Of a stretch of DNA of 6,078 nt, positions 5,809 to 6,078 are shown piece after piece (within the stretch, counting starts at the first letter, position 1; each line of letters opens with the position of its first letter). The translations under genes and the position numbers were made by a program. A model generated the notes under the pieces. That model did not search any database, had not been told where the DNA came from, and saw only the letters and a program-made list of their open reading frames with translations. This DNA comes from a virus. The stretch lies in IMG/VR virus record IMGVR_UViG_3300045988_049949; one strand, given 5' to 3'.

Positions 5809-5830
5809 TTGTGGAAATATTGTGGAAATA
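5809..5830 (+). repeat. Perfect 11-nt tandem repeat, TTGTGGAAATA x2
   Basis: 5809-5819 and 5820-5830 are identical. Each unit contains TGTGGAAAT, a 7 of 9 match to the reverse complement (TGTGGATAA) of the DnaA-box consensus TTATCCACA. The period is about one helical turn. Confidence 0.85.
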
Positions 5831-5989
5831 GCCGCTTCGCGTCTTTGTCCCCGACGGCTCGGTCTCGCCCGAGTGGCGACGACCTGTCGTCAGGTCGATC
5901 ACGGAAGAGCCACGCCTACCGGCGGGTGGTCGCTCGCATACTCGCTCATGTCTCACAGCTATATAATGTTAATAAAGGTTAAACACGTA

Positions 5990-6078
5990 AATAAAAACAC
6001 GAAAGTATTGTGTAATTCAAATTAAGTTCTTATATTTGCAATATGAAAAAGAAACAAATTACAAACTAAAAAAAAAAG
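5990..6078. repeat. Terminal direct repeat, copy 2: a redundant copy of 1-89 that includes a second copy of the promoter motifs at 6007-6038
   Basis: Identical to 1-89. The window runs past the closure point of a circular contig. Confidence 0.95.

Larger units (their letters stand above)
5705..5950. other. GC-rich, hairpin-dense non-coding island; candidate replication origin, single-strand initiation region or structured RNA
   Basis: Hand count gives 145 G+C in 5701-5950 (58%), against 30% in 941-1000 and 43% in 1501-1560. The hairpins are 5758-5776, 5791-5803, 5858-5873, 5880-5897 and 5910-5929. The ORFs called here in several frames encode R/S/P-rich low-complexity peptides. Confidence 0.7.

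Noticed and set aside
5707-5830. CRISPR array as an explanation for the tandem repeats
   Set aside because: The repeat units are 9 and 11 nt and directly adjacent with no spacers, so the architecture is wrong for CRISPR.
5850-5935. tRNA-like or known self-cleaving ribozyme fold in the GC-rich island
   Set aside because: I found no cloverleaf with a GGTTCGAATCC-type T-arm or a D-arm, and no hammerhead CUGAUGA...GAAA core on either strand. The hairpins are short and independent. A covariance-model search is still advisable.
5947-5974. Possible dif/XerCD-like recombination site: TAATGTTAATA at 5964-5974 resembles the XerD arm TTATGTTAAAT at 8 of 11 positions
   Set aside because: The segment where the XerC arm should lie (5947-5957, catgtctcaca, 6 nt upstream) shows almost no similarity to a dif left arm or to an inverted copy of the right arm. 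The AT-rich match could easily be chance. A search against host dif sites would be needed to revive this idea.
5961-5975. Resemblance of ATGTTAATAAA to the AT-rich part of the phiX174 plus-strand origin (ATATTAATAAC), and of CAACTCTTGG (5744-5753) to CAACTTG
   Set aside because: The two partial matches are about 200 nt apart rather than contiguous as in the 30-nt phiX174 origin. They are short and rest on my memory of that sequence, so there is not enough to call an origin.
5638-6025. ORF-track entries 5638-5982 (+), 5750-6025 (+) and 5657-5956 (-), which cover the GC-rich island
   Set aside because: Several frames are open at once only because stop codons are rare in GC-rich DNA. The products are R/S/P-rich low complexity. 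They overlap the VP4 end or run through the promoter and the assembly junction, and none has a credible start context.

Overview
This window is a complete circular genome of a small ssDNA phage of the family Microviridae. It is not phiX-like. The large VP1 and the VP1-VP2-VP4 gene set fit the Alpavirinae/gokushovirus-like group. Bases 1-89 are identical to 5990-6078, so the unit genome is 5989 nt and the window ends are an assembly overlap. All credible genes lie on the + strand and are tightly packed, with one ATGA overlap and one 10-nt start/stop overlap. They are five small ORFan genes (94-1175), major capsid protein VP1 (1172-3157), a 115-aa highly charged protein (3169-3516), DNA-pilot/minor capsid protein VP2 (3646-4770) and the HUH rolling-circle replication initiator VP4 (4775-5704). 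One ORFan, 94-273, is shorter than any entry in the supplied ORF track. Coding DNA is A-rich and GC-poor. The main anomaly is a non-coding island of about 250 nt directly after VP4 (5705-5950) that is 58% GC by hand count. It opens with a 9-nt iteron-like array, carries an 11-nt tandem repeat with a DnaA-box-like core, and contains at least five GC-rich hairpins. It abuts an AT-rich segment with an exact Bacteroidetes-type -7 promoter box (TATATTTG, 42-49). Other points worth checking are a 66-aa predicted lipoprotein (possible lysis or exclusion factor), a single perfect Shine-Dalgarno site on VP1 in an otherwise SD-less genome, recent in-frame 11-aa and 7-aa duplications in VP2, and a 14-bp bulged hairpin in the second intergenic region. 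All family assignments rest on motifs recalled from memory, since no database search was possible.
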